From: Pseudomonadaceae bacterium
GTDB taxonomy: Bacteria > Pseudomonadota > Gammaproteobacteria > Pseudomonadales > Pseudomonadaceae
Assembly (NCBI GenBank): GCA_019745275.1
Contig: JAIETJ010000030.1
Coordinates: forward strand, 992 to 64,991
Length of the DNA stretch: 64,000 nucleotides
Direction: 5' to 3'
Numbering within the stretch: the stretch's first letter is position 1; the number at the start of each line of letters is the position of its first letter. Of this stretch, positions 18,149 through 27,709 are shown piece by piece. Both the position numbers and the translations under genes were made by a program. The notes under the pieces are model-generated. The model was not told the DNA's origin. It searched no databases and saw only the letters and a list, made by a program, of their open reading frames with translations.

Positions 18149-19554
18149 TAGGTGGATTGGTTTGTTGCTGCGTCAATAGTGGGGAAGCTCAAGCTAAACC
18201 GGGTAAAGCCTTCTAGGCTGCTGACCGCCACGTTGCCCTGATGCAAGCTCATGATCGAGTTAACTATTGCCAAGCCCAGCCCAGTACCGCCCGCTGAACG
18301 GGAGCGACTCTTATCGACACGGTAAAAACGTTCGAAGAGGTGCGTGAGGTGCTGCGCAGGGATGCTGCTACCTGAGTTGCCCATGACGAGGCTGGTCATG
18401 TCGGCTTGTGGCTCAATCAGTATGCTGATTTCACGGCCTTCTGGACTGTGGCGGATGGCATTTGATAGCAGGTTTGAAATGGCCCGTTGGATCATTAAAC
18501 GATCACCTAGAGTCGAGCCACTGCCACTAATACTTAGGCTAATTTGCTTTTCTTCAGCGCTCGCACTGAACAACTCGGTCACCCGCCAGACCTCTTCATG
18601 AAGGGCTACGGGTTGAAAAGATACGGCGGCTGTTGGATGGCTCGCGTGCGCGAGAAAGAGCATGTCGGAGACGATTCGACTGAGCCGTTCCAGCTCTTCG
18701 ACGCACGACTCCAGCGCCGATCTATAGTCCTCCCTTGGTCGTTCTCGAGAGAGGGTTACTTGTGCCTTGCACAGCAGGTTGGTGATGGGCGCGCGCAACT
18801 CATGGGCTAAATCATCAGAAAACTCACTGAGCAGTTGTACGCCGTTGTCGAGTCGATCCAGCATTAGGTTAATGCTGCTGGCCAGGCCGCTAAGTTCCTT
18901 GGGTAGCTTTTCTTGCGAGAGGCGGTGGCTGATGTCTTTGGCGCAGATCTGTGCGGCTATGGTGCGGAACTGCCGTAATGGTGCCAGCCCCCGCCGGACT
19001 ATCCACCATGAGACGAAGCCAATCAGTAACATTAAGGCTGGCACGGCGATTAGCGTGGACTTGAGGTAGGCGCTGAGCAGCGCCGCATCGGCGGATCGAT
19101 TGATCGATAGCAGGGTTAGTATCTGCTCGCCATTCGCTAGCTGCACGCGCTCGAACGCAGTGAGGATTTGCTCTCCTTGGCGGTCTTTCCAGTGTTGATA
19201 GCGCAGTGTCTCGTTGGCGGAAAAATCATTCAGTTGCGGCTCAAATGACTTTTCTCCGAGGCTCAACAGCGGTGATGAATCTTCGCCAAGGCTATAAATA
19301 GTTAGGCTCAGGTTGTCGTGGCTTATGACTAGATCGGTTATCGAATGTGGTGAGTTGGCAATGTCAGAGGCCTTAAGGTTGTCGGTCAAGTGGCGCTGCA
19401 GGGTCTCCATTTTGCCGTTCAGATTTATTCTGGCGCGCGCATCAAGCTCGTGGGTCAGGGTCCAGTAATTCAAACAGGCCAACAGCGCTACCAAGACCGC
19501 GCCCATCAAGCTGACCGATAGGCCTAGATGCCTAGATAAACTCGGCGGCTTCAT
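18124..19554 (-). CDS. czcS: Heavy-metal sensor histidine kinase
   Basis: Two TMs, HAMP, H-box LAHELRAP, NLLSNAIRH, FERFYR, GTGLGLAI; divergent from czcCBA. Confidence 0.88.
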   Translation of the reverse strand: MKPPSLSRHLGLSVSLMGAVLVALLACLNYWTLTHELDARARINLNGKMETLQRHLTDNLKASDIANSPHSITDLVISHDNLSLTIYSLGEDSSPLLSLGEKSFEPQLNDFSANETLRYQHWKDRQGEQILTAFERVQLANGEQILTLLSINRSADAALLSAYLKSTLIAVPALMLLIGFVSWWIVRRGLAPLRQFRTIAAQICAKDISHRLSQEKLPKELSGLASSINLMLDRLDNGVQLLSEFSDDLAHELRAPITNLLCKAQVTLSRERPREDYRSALESCVEELERLSRIVSDMLFLAHASHPTAAVSFQPVALHEEVWRVTELFSASAEEKQISLSISGSGSTLGDRLMIQRAISNLLSNAIRHSPEGREISILIEPQADMTSLVMGNSGSSIPAQHLTHLFERFYRVDKSRSRSAGGTGLGLAIVNSIMSLHQGNVAVSSLEGFTRFSLSFPTIDAATNQSTYSKLDGEM

Positions 19555-20225
19555 TGACGTTCCTCAAGGACGTAGCCAACGCCACGGATGGTATGAATCA
19601 ACCGATGTTCAAACGGATCATCAATCTTGGCGCGCAGTCGGCGAATCGAAACCTCGACTACGTTGGTGTCGCATTCGAAGTTCATGTCCCACACCAAGGA
19701 AATTATTTGCGTGCGCGACATCACCTCACCCGAGCGGCGCATCAGCAGGTGTAGCAACGCAAACTCCTTGGTGGTTAGGTCGATCCGTTGGTTTCCACGA
19801 AATGCGCGGTGTCTGGCCGGATCGAGTTCGAGGTCGGCAACTTTTAGTGCCTCGGGCGCGGCAATTTGCTCACTGCGGCGTAACAGCGTGCGGACCCGGG
19901 CCAGCAGTTCGGGAAACTCAAAGGGTTTAACCAAATAATCATCGGCGCCTAAGTCTAGGCCTTTGACTTTATCGGCCAGTCGCCCGCGCGCCGTCAGCAT
20001 CATGACGCGGGTAGTGCTGTTGCTGCGCATGCGCTCGAGAACCTTCCAGCCATCAAGTTCGGGTAAGTCGACGTCGAGAATGACTAAGTCATAGGCGTGC
20101 TGTTGGGCAAGATGCAAACCGTCGATGCCCGTGGCGGCACAGTCAACAATGTAATTACTTTCGGTTAGACCTTGATGTAAGTATTTGGCGGTTTTTACTT
20201 CGTCTTCGATGATAAGGATGCGCAT
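19551..20225 (-). CDS. czcR: Heavy-metal response regulator (OmpR family)
   Basis: MRILIIEDE, GADDYLVKPF, VWDMNFECDTNVVEVSIRRLRAKID. Confidence 0.9.
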   Translation of the reverse strand: MRILIIEDEVKTAKYLHQGLTESNYIVDCAATGIDGLHLAQQHAYDLVILDVDLPELDGWKVLERMRSNSTTRVMMLTARGRLADKVKGLDLGADDYLVKPFEFPELLARVRTLLRRSEQIAAPEALKVADLELDPARHRAFRGNQRIDLTTKEFALLHLLMRRSGEVMSRTQIISLVWDMNFECDTNVVEVSIRRLRAKIDDPFEHRLIHTIRGVGYVLEERQ

Positions 20226-20428
20226 AACAGATTGCTGACCTTGGAAATAAATGCAGCGGAATGTGGTTTTGCTCGGAGTGCGTCTGAAGTTTCTATTAGT
20301 GATGGCTGAGTTGCTGTGCTCAACTTTCAGGCTAAAGCCTGTAGGTACTTTAGGGTCAAGCGCTCAGTTGAGCTCTGGTTACTGCTGGGCGGAGTCTGTG
20401 CAGACCTGTGGCGCAGCTTAAATCCATG

Positions 20429-20441
20429 CAAGTCATTGATT
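20429..20441 (-). promoter_or_regulatory. Possible IHF site
   Basis: AATCAATGACTTG fits WATCAANNNNTTR in the AT-rich czcR-czcC spacer. Confidence 0.4.
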
Positions 20442-20584
20442 TGATTGGATTTGTTTTTGTTGGTAGGGGTTTAGGTTCACTGAATTAAACTCGTTACTGT
20501 TTATTGCGAATTTTTTCTGAGTGTGTAGGTTAATAACTATTGATGCTGCTTATATTAACTCGCGACGACTGTTGGTGGTGCTGG

Positions 20585-20600
20585 ATAACGTATTTGTAAT
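20585..20600. promoter_or_regulatory. CzcR-type box upstream of czcC
   Basis: ATAAC-N6-GTAAT, one mismatch to ATTAC-N6-GTAAT. Confidence 0.55.
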
Positions 20601-20779
20601 GTATTGGTAATCTTATCGATAGGCGCTGGGTATTACAGTGATGCAGGGTGAATTGCCAATTGCGGTGAGTTTATTTTGTTTCAGGTGATGTCGCTGAGAA
20701 TGGCCGGTTACATAGTGTGACTGTTCCTGCAGGGAGTTTTGCAGGGCATGGCTTATCTCAGGTGGGCGAGGGTTGTTAA

Positions 20780-22069
20780 GTGCAAGTTAATGAAGTTATG
20801 GCTGTGCCGTTAGGGATAAACAAGTTGCTTTTTGTGCGCGCCACTGTTGCCGCAGTGGCGTTGCTGATGGCTAGCTTTACGCTCAGCGCCCGGGCGCTAG
20901 ACTTGCCCGCACTGACGCTCGACACGGCCTTAGCCGACGCGTTGGCCAACAATCCAGAGCTGGCTGCGGTCGGTTGGAATACGGCTATTGCTGAGGGCGA
21001 GCGGTTGCAGGCGGGTTTAAGGCCTAATCCTGAGGTGTCTTGGGACACTGAGGATACGCGCAGTGAAAAGGGCACCAACAGTTTTAAAATCACTCAGCCG
21101 ATTGAGCTTGGCGGTAAGCGTGGTGCGCGTATCGAGGTTGCTAAAGGTGCGCAGAGTGCTGCCACGCTGGAGCAAGAACGCCAGCGCAACAGGGTCCGCG
21201 CCGATGTTATTGCGGCGTTTTATGGCGCACTGCGTGCTCAGCAAGCTGTGCAGCTTGCTCAACAATCAAAGGACTTGGCGGAGCGTGGCGTGACTGTGGT
21301 GACGGCGCAGGTGCGGGCGGGCAAGGCGTCACCTGTTGCGGTGACTCGAGCGCAGGTGCAGCGATCTGCAGTGTTATTGGAGTTGAGCCGCGCGCAGATG
21401 ACTCAGACCAATGCTTACCAGCAACTGGCTGTAACCATGGGCAACGTGCGCCCCACCTTTGCTCAGGTGCAGGGCGATGCTGAGCCACTGGCTAACATAC
21501 CCAGCGCCGGGTTATTGCTAGAAGGCTTGGCCGACACGGCGGAACTGCGCTTGGCAGCATTAACCATTGAGCAGAACGAGGCCGCTTTCGGTCTTGAGAA
21601 GAGCCAGCGAGTCCCAGACTTAAAAGTCAGCGTGGGCAGCCAATACGATTATGAGAGTCGTGAGCGAATCAATTTGCTTGGGGCCTCGATGGACATCCCG
21701 CTGTTCAATCGCAATCAGGGCAATGTGTTGGCGGCGGCCAGACGAGCGGACCAAGCGCGTGACTTGCGCAACGCCAGCGAGCAGCGCTTGCGTGCAGAGA
21801 CTTTGCAGGCACTGGGGCAGTGGCGCACGGCACTGGCTGAGGTGCAGTCATTCGATACGAGTATTTTGCCTGCCGCCGAAGAGGCCGTGCGCAGCGCCAC
21901 GCGCGGTTTTGAAATGGGTAAATTCAATTTCCTCGACGTGCTGGACGCTCAGCGCACGCTGATCGAGGCGCGCACTCAATATATTCAAGCGCTAGCTGAT
22001 GCGACCAGTGGCTGGGTGCAGATTGAGCGCATTTTCGGCAATACACGTGCGCTGTTTCGCGCGCCATAA
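20780..22069 (+). CDS. czcC: TolC-family outer-membrane factor
   Basis: QPIELGGKRGAR, IPLFNRNQG, FLDVLDAQRTL; exact start uncertain. Confidence 0.92.
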   Translation: MQVNEVMAVPLGINKLLFVRATVAAVALLMASFTLSARALDLPALTLDTALADALANNPELAAVGWNTAIAEGERLQAGLRPNPEVSWDTEDTRSEKGTNSFKITQPIELGGKRGARIEVAKGAQSAATLEQERQRNRVRADVIAAFYGALRAQQAVQLAQQSKDLAERGVTVVTAQVRAGKASPVAVTRAQVQRSAVLLELSRAQMTQTNAYQQLAVTMGNVRPTFAQVQGDAEPLANIPSAGLLLEGLADTAELRLAALTIEQNEAAFGLEKSQRVPDLKVSVGSQYDYESRERINLLGASMDIPLFNRNQGNVLAAARRADQARDLRNASEQRLRAETLQALGQWRTALAEVQSFDTSILPAAEEAVRSATRGFEMGKFNFLDVLDAQRTLIEARTQYIQALADATSGWVQIERIFGNTRALFRAP

Positions 22070-22268
22070 CTTTTATCTCTAACGCTTATTCGACGTTAAG
22101 CACCCCGCTAGCGCTACGCCTGAACGTGCGCAGGGTTGGCTAAGGCGCTCTATTTTGCTGCGCGTAATAAATCTCGGGGCGTTACGTCCATTTTTAGCCA
22201 GCCGTAGACATTGCGCACGGCGCTAGCTGACGCAGGCGAGGGCTAAATCAAATCACTTAGGAGCACGT

Positions 22269-23474
22269 ATGGATAAGAAACACTGTCTCGCCCTCGCGGT
22301 AACCCTGGCTCTAGGCATAGGAGTTGGCGCCATGCTGTCTGTGCATGGCGGCGAGGATGAAGAGCATGGGCATGACGCTAGCGCTAAATCGCATGCGTCG
22401 GCAATCGAAAAGCCAGCAGCCGAGCACGCAGAGCACGCAGAGCAAGAGGGTCTGTTGGAACTGAGCGAGGCGCAAATTAGCAATGCCGCAATTGAACTGC
22501 AGGAGGTTAAGGGGCGCGCAATGAGCCGCAGCATTTCGTTGCCAGGCGAAATTGGTTTCAATGAAGATCGCACCTCGCATGTGGTGCCACGGATTTCCGG
22601 TGTGGTTGAGTCGGTAAAGGTCACGCTGGGACAAGGGGTGCAGCAGGGCGAACTCTTGGCGGTGATTGCCAGCCAGCAAATTTCCGAGCAGCGCAGTGAA
22701 CTGGCTGCCGCCCAACGTCGTGTTGAGTTGGCACGCACCACTTTTACCCGTGAGCAACAACTGTGGCAGGACAAAATTTCGGCCGAGCAAGACTATCTGC
22801 TGGCGCGCCAAGCGCTGCAGGAGGCCGAAATTGCCCTCAGTAATGCACGGCAAAAAACCCTAGCAATCAGCGGCAGTGAGCGACTGACTGGCGGCAATCG
22901 CTACGAGTTACGCGCGCCGTTTGCCGGGGTGGTGGTCGAAAAGCACTTGGTGGTCGGCGAAGTGGTGAATGAGGCCAGTAACGCTTTCACCGTGTCGGAT
23001 CTGTCGCAAGTCTGGGCCACTTTCAGCGTTTCCCCGAAAAATCTAAATGTGGTGCAGGTCGGTCAGTTGGCTGAAGTCCGCGCGGGGGAGCTGAAGGCCA
23101 CGATTAACGGGCGTGTGGCGCACGTAGGCAACCTGTTGGGCGAGCAAACCCGCAGCGCCACGGCGCGTGTGCTGTTAGCCAACCCGCAGGGCACATGGCG
23201 GCCGGGCTTGTTTGTTGAGGTGCTGTTGGCGACCGAAACACAGCAGGTGGCGGTGGTCGTGCCCGAGCAGGCGCTGCAAACCATTGAGGAGCAAACGTCG
23301 GTATTTGTGCGTGTGAAAGATGGTTTTGTGGTGCAGCCGGTGACCACCGGTATTCGCCAAGATGGTTATGTCGAGATCATCAATGGGCTGGCGGCCGGCG
23401 CGCAAGTTGCGACGCGCGGCAGCTTTATTCTCAAGTCTGAGCTTGGCAAAGGCTCCGCTGAACACGCCCATTGA
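22269..23474 (+). CDS. czcB: RND periplasmic adaptor
   Basis: His/Glu-rich N-terminus, PRISGVV, LRAPFAGVV, ends ELGKGSAEHAH. Confidence 0.92.
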   Translation: MDKKHCLALAVTLALGIGVGAMLSVHGGEDEEHGHDASAKSHASAIEKPAAEHAEHAEQEGLLELSEAQISNAAIELQEVKGRAMSRSISLPGEIGFNEDRTSHVVPRISGVVESVKVTLGQGVQQGELLAVIASQQISEQRSELAAAQRRVELARTTFTREQQLWQDKISAEQDYLLARQALQEAEIALSNARQKTLAISGSERLTGGNRYELRAPFAGVVVEKHLVVGEVVNEASNAFTVSDLSQVWATFSVSPKNLNVVQVGQLAEVRAGELKATINGRVAHVGNLLGEQTRSATARVLLANPQGTWRPGLFVEVLLATETQQVAVVVPEQALQTIEEQTSVFVRVKDGFVVQPVTTGIRQDGYVEIINGLAAGAQVATRGSFILKSELGKGSAEHAH

Positions 23475-23503
23475 TCGATCTTGCCGAATGAGAGTGAACG
23501 CTA

Positions 23504-26500
23504 ATGTTTGAACGTATTATTCAATTTTCCATCGAGCAGCGCTGGGTAGTATTGCTGGCCGTGTTGGCGATGGCGGCCCTCGGGATGGCCAGCTATCAGC
23601 AACTGCCGATTGATGCGGTGCCAGACATCACCAACGTGCAGGTGCAAGTGAATACCGGTGCGCCCGGTTTCTCGCCACTGGAAACCGAGCAGCGCATTAC
23701 CTTTCCAATTGAAACCGCCATGGCCGGTTTACCTAACCTGCAGCAAACGCGCTCGCTGTCGCGCGCTGGGTTGTCGCAGGTAACGGTGATCTTCGCCGAT
23801 GGCACCGATCTGTACTTCGCCCGGCAGTTGGTTAATGAGCGTTTGCAAACCGTGCGCGGGCAGCTGCCGCTGGGTGCGGAAGCGCTTATGGGGCCGATTT
23901 CGACGGGCCTCGGGGAGATATTTTTGTGGACGGTAGAGGCCGAAGATGGCGCCTTGAAAGACGATGGCAGCGCCTACACCCCGACCGATCTGCGGGTTAT
24001 CCAAGACTGGATAATCAAGCCACAGTTGCGCAACGTGGCGGGCGTGGCCGAGATCAATACCATCGGCGGCTTCGATAAACAATTTCAGATCGCCCCAGAT
24101 CTTAAGCGATTGGCCTCCTACAAATTGACCTTGAACGATTTGTTCAGCGCCTTAGAACGCAACAATGCCAACGTCGGCGCAGGGTATATCGAACGCGGCG
24201 GCGAGCAATTGTTGATTCGTGCACCAGGCCAGGTCGGCGGCATCGAGGATATTGCCAACATTGTCATTACTAATGTCCAAGGCACACCGATTCGCGTCAG
24301 CGATGTTGCCGAGGTGGGCATCGGTCGTGAGTTGCGTACCGGCGCGGCGACCGAGAACGGCCGAGAGGTGGTGCTGGGCACGGTGTTTATGTTGATCGGC
24401 GAAAACAGCCGCAGCGTATCCCAAGCGGTTGCCGCGAAACTGGCGCAGATCAACCGTACGCTACCCAAGGGCGTCGTCGCCGTTACCGTCTACGATCGCA
24501 CCCACTTGGTGGACAAAGCCATTGCCACGGTGAAGAAGAATTTAATTGAAGGTGCGATCTTGGTGATCGCCGTATTGTTCCTGTTCTTAGGCAATATTCG
24601 TGCGGCGCTGATCACCGCAATGGTTATCCCATTGGCGATGTTATTTACCTTCACGGGCATGTTCAGTAACAAGGTCAGTGCCAACCTGATGAGCCTTGGG
24701 GCATTGGATTTTGGCATCATCGTCGATGGTGCTGTGGTGATAGTGGAAAACTCCATCCGCCGGCTTGCCCACGCGCAGCAGCGTCACGGCCGGCTTCTGA
24801 GCCGCTCCGAACGCATGCACGAGGTGTTTGCCGCCGCGAAAGAGTCGCGCCGTGCGCTGATCTTTGGGCAGCTGATTATCATGGTGGTGTACCTGCCGAT
24901 TTTTGCCCTGAGCGGGGTCGAGGGGAAAATGTTTCACCCGATGGCCTTCACCGTGGTGATTGCCCTGCTGGGTGCGATGATTCTCTCCGTGACGTTTGTG
25001 CCAGCAGCGATTGCTATGTTTATCACCGGCAAGGTCGAGGAGCAGGAGAACCTGCTGATGCGCACCGCTCGGCGTGCTTACGAGCCGTTGCTGAGCAGGG
25101 TTCTGCGCCATCGTTCAGGCGCCTTTGCGTTAGCCATTGTGGCGGTGCTGTTGTCTGGGCTGTTGGCTAGTCGCTTGGGCAGTGAGTTTGTACCGAGCCT
25201 CAGTGAGGGTGACTTTGCCCTGCAGGCGCTGCGTGTGCCCGGCACGAGCTTGACGCAGTCGGTGGAGATGCAAGAGCGTTTAGAAAAGGCCGTGCTCGCC
25301 CGCGTGCCGGAAGTTGAACGCATGTTCGCCCGTACAGGTACCGCTGAGATCGCCTCAGACCCGATGCCGCCGAATATTTCCGACAGTTACGTGATGCTTA
25401 AACCGCGCGAACAGTGGCCTGACCCAAGCAAGTCGCGCGAGCAGTTGATTAGCGAGTTGCAGCAAGCCAGCGCGGCAGTGCCAGGCAGCAACTATGAATT
25501 GTCACAACCGATCCAATTGCGCTTCAACGAGCTGATTTCTGGGGTGCGCAGTGATGTCGCGGTGAAGGTGTTTGGCGATGACATGCAGGTGCTGAACAAA
25601 ACCGCTGCCGATATTTCCCAAGCCTTACAGCAGGTGCCGGGCGCCTCAGAGGTTAAGGTTGAGCAAACCAGCGGCTTGCCAGTGCTGACCATCAATGTTG
25701 ATCGTGACAAAGCCGCGCGTTATGGCCTTAACGTCGGCGACGTACAGGACACCATTGAGATGGCTGTCGGCGGACGTCAAGCCGGAACTTTGTTTGAAGG
25801 TGATCGGCGTTTTGACATGGTGGTACGACTGGCCGATGACTTGCGTACGGATATTGATGGGCTGGCTCGATTGCTGATTCCGGTGCCAGCCACGGCCAAC
25901 AGCAGTACCGGGCAGATTGCCTTCATTACCTTGTCTGAGGTGGCTAGTTTGGATCTGCTGTTGGGACCCAATCAGGTCAGCCGTGAGAATGGTAAACGTC
26001 TGGTGATCGTCAGCGCGAACGTGCGCGGTCGAGACATAGGGTCTTTTGTGCAGGAGGCCAGTGCGCTGATTAATCAGCAGGTGAGTATTCCCGCGGGCTA
26101 CTGGACCGCTTGGGGTGGCCAGTTCGAGCAACTAAAATCGGCGGCTGAACGCCTGCAGATCGTGGTGCCAGTCTCTTTGCTGCTGGTGCTGGCATTGCTG
26201 TTTATGATGTTTAACAACCTCAAAGACGGCGCACTGGTATTCACCGGCATTCCCTTCGCGTTAACCGGCGGCATCTTGGCGTTATGGCTGCGTGATATTC
26301 CGTTGTCGATTTCTGCTGGCGTGGGCTTTATTGCGTTATCGGGGGTGGCCGTGTTGAACGGCTTGGTGATGATTGCTTACATTCGCACCTTGCGTGAGCA
26401 GGGACGCAGCCTTGATCAAGCCATCTACGAAGGCGCGGTAACACGTTTGCGCCCGGTACTGATGACGGCGCTGGTCGCCTCACTTGGCTTTATCCCGATG

Positions 26501-26656
26501 GCGCTGGCAACAGGCACTGGGGCTGAGGTGCAGCGACCTCTGGCGACAGTGGTTATCGGTGGCATCTTGTCGTCGACGATGCTCACGCTGCTGGTCTTGC
26601 CGGCGCTGTATGCGTGGGCGCACAGACGAGAAGAGGCGTTACCCGAACGCAGTTAA
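23504..26656 (+). CDS. czcA: Heavy-metal RND efflux transporter
   Basis: LPIDAVPDITNVQV, SLGALDFGIIVDGAVVIVEN, RLRPVLMTA; 1050 aa. Confidence 0.96.
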   Translation: MFERIIQFSIEQRWVVLLAVLAMAALGMASYQQLPIDAVPDITNVQVQVNTGAPGFSPLETEQRITFPIETAMAGLPNLQQTRSLSRAGLSQVTVIFADGTDLYFARQLVNERLQTVRGQLPLGAEALMGPISTGLGEIFLWTVEAEDGALKDDGSAYTPTDLRVIQDWIIKPQLRNVAGVAEINTIGGFDKQFQIAPDLKRLASYKLTLNDLFSALERNNANVGAGYIERGGEQLLIRAPGQVGGIEDIANIVITNVQGTPIRVSDVAEVGIGRELRTGAATENGREVVLGTVFMLIGENSRSVSQAVAAKLAQINRTLPKGVVAVTVYDRTHLVDKAIATVKKNLIEGAILVIAVLFLFLGNIRAALITAMVIPLAMLFTFTGMFSNKVSANLMSLGALDFGIIVDGAVVIVENSIRRLAHAQQRHGRLLSRSERMHEVFAAAKESRRALIFGQLIIMVVYLPIFALSGVEGKMFHPMAFTVVIALLGAMILSVTFVPAAIAMFITGKVEEQENLLMRTARRAYEPLLSRVLRHRSGAFALAIVAVLLSGLLASRLGSEFVPSLSEGDFALQALRVPGTSLTQSVEMQERLEKAVLARVPEVERMFARTGTAEIASDPMPPNISDSYVMLKPREQWPDPSKSREQLISELQQASAAVPGSNYELSQPIQLRFNELISGVRSDVAVKVFGDDMQVLNKTAADISQALQQVPGASEVKVEQTSGLPVLTINVDRDKAARYGLNVGDVQDTIEMAVGGRQAGTLFEGDRRFDMVVRLADDLRTDIDGLARLLIPVPATANSSTGQIAFITLSEVASLDLLLGPNQVSRENGKRLVIVSANVRGRDIGSFVQEASALINQQVSIPAGYWTAWGGQFEQLKSAAERLQIVVPVSLLLVLALLFMMFNNLKDGALVFTGIPFALTGGILALWLRDIPLSISAGVGFIALSGVAVLNGLVMIAYIRTLREQGRSLDQAIYEGAVTRLRPVLMTALVASLGFIPMALATGTGAEVQRPLATVVIGGILSSTMLTLLVLPALYAWAHRREEALPERS

Positions 26657-26674
26657 GTCTATTCAGTTGTGCCA

Positions 26675-26711
26675 ATGCCCACCGCGATGGAGTCGCGGTG
26701 GGCATTTTTTT
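26675..26711 (+). terminator. Intrinsic terminator of czcCBA
   Basis: atgcccaccgcga/tcgcggtgggcat stem followed by a T run. Confidence 0.88.
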
Positions 26712-26760
26712 GTGCGTGGCTCTGCGCCGTGGCACTGCGCGAAGGGGGCGAGCAGTTTTT

Positions 26761-26841
26761 TGTAAGAGTCAGCTTGCTGGCGATCCGGGTCAGGGGGAAA
26801 TTGCCGGTTTTGACGACTGCCGGGCGAAATCGCTTCTATAG
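26761..26841. repeat. Degenerate GTAGGAG-type REP doublet
   Basis: tgtaagagtcagcttgctggcgat ... gggcgaaatcgcttctata resembles GTAGGAGCnnGCTTGCTGGCGA REPs. Confidence 0.45.
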
Positions 26842-26975
26842 GTTTGGATTATTATTTTTAACCGCTACATAGCCTAAATAAAAGGCAAAAAAAACGCCCA
26901 TTAAGGACGTAAAAAGGAGCATCTATTAGCAAGGTTTTTTGCGCTTTGGCAGCGGTGCAGCCGCCGGGTGGTGAA

Positions 26976-27194
26976 CTAGCTTTTGGATTTTGGCTGGCTG
27001 TTAATGAACTTTTTTGGGGCCGTTTGCTCGGCTGTATTAAGCTGGGCTGCGGACTGTGGCGTACCGTGAATACGTGCCTGATCGGCGCGAAATTTAGCCA
27101 CCATCGCTTGCGAGCGCGTATTGCTACCAGCGGCCAGCGCCGTGCTTGATGCAATAACAAGGATGCTGGCAAGTATGATTTTAGATATGTTCAT
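26976..27194 (-). CDS. Small secreted protein, PtrA N-terminal-domain-like
   Basis: 72 aa, signal peptide ending STALA, RBS AGGTG, CzcR-type box upstream. Confidence 0.65.
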   Translation of the reverse strand: MNISKIILASILVIASSTALAAGSNTRSQAMVAKFRADQARIHGTPQSAAQLNTAEQTAPKKFINSQPKSKS

Positions 27195-27309
27195 AAGTTA
27201 ACACCTGTCGATAATTGAAGCGGCTCGCAGCTACTTGTTAGTTGTAAACAAGTGCTGTGAATACCCTTGAATTATAGAATTTGGAAACTGACAGGCGGAT
27301 GAGGTCAAA

Positions 27310-27325
27310 ATTACAATTCTGCAAT
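27310..27325. promoter_or_regulatory. CzcR-type box
   Basis: ATTAC-AATTCT-GCAAT upstream of the 72-aa gene. Confidence 0.55.
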
Positions 27326-27489
27326 CTTGGCGGGTGTTAGTTATTTGGGTTTAGGCTTGTATGCGCGCTGACTAACCTGTGGCGGTGAAAGAACATTGCT
27401 GCAGAGTATTTACAGGGATAAGGCGCCTATTTTTAGCGGCCAGAATTGTTGTGATGGCACTGGAGTTTCTCCCCGCCCAGTATCAGTAG

Positions 27490-27553
27490 CAAACTGACTA
27501 ACGCCCTGCAGTTTGATGCCAACTTGCCTTATAGCCGCGGCATCTTTCATCTG
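27490..27553 (+). pseudogene. 64-bp remnant of the orphan SBP gene (copy of 15782-15845)
   Basis: 61/64 identical by hand alignment, same orientation. Confidence 0.88.
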
Positions 27554-27709
27554 ACCATGCTGCAGCCGGAGCCGTGCACTGAGCATGGCGCGGTTGGTTG
27601 GTTGGTGGTGATTGGTGATTGGCGCCTAGAACAATGGCGGCACTCAGTGCAACTCATGCTAGCTTTATCCAATAACTGACACTTGGTTGCCAAGCCAGGA
27701 GGGACTGTG

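Noticed and set aside
22345-22445. His/Glu-rich repeat at the CzcB N-terminus
   Set aside because: An ordinary feature of CzcB adaptors
26858-27172. Alternative ORFs overlapping the 72-aa gene
   Set aside because: No RBS or signal peptide; the 26976-27194 frame has both
18149-27489. Integrase, transposase or tRNA attachment site for the czc block
   Set aside because: No such ORF, terminal inverted repeat or tRNA seen, so it is not called a mobile element
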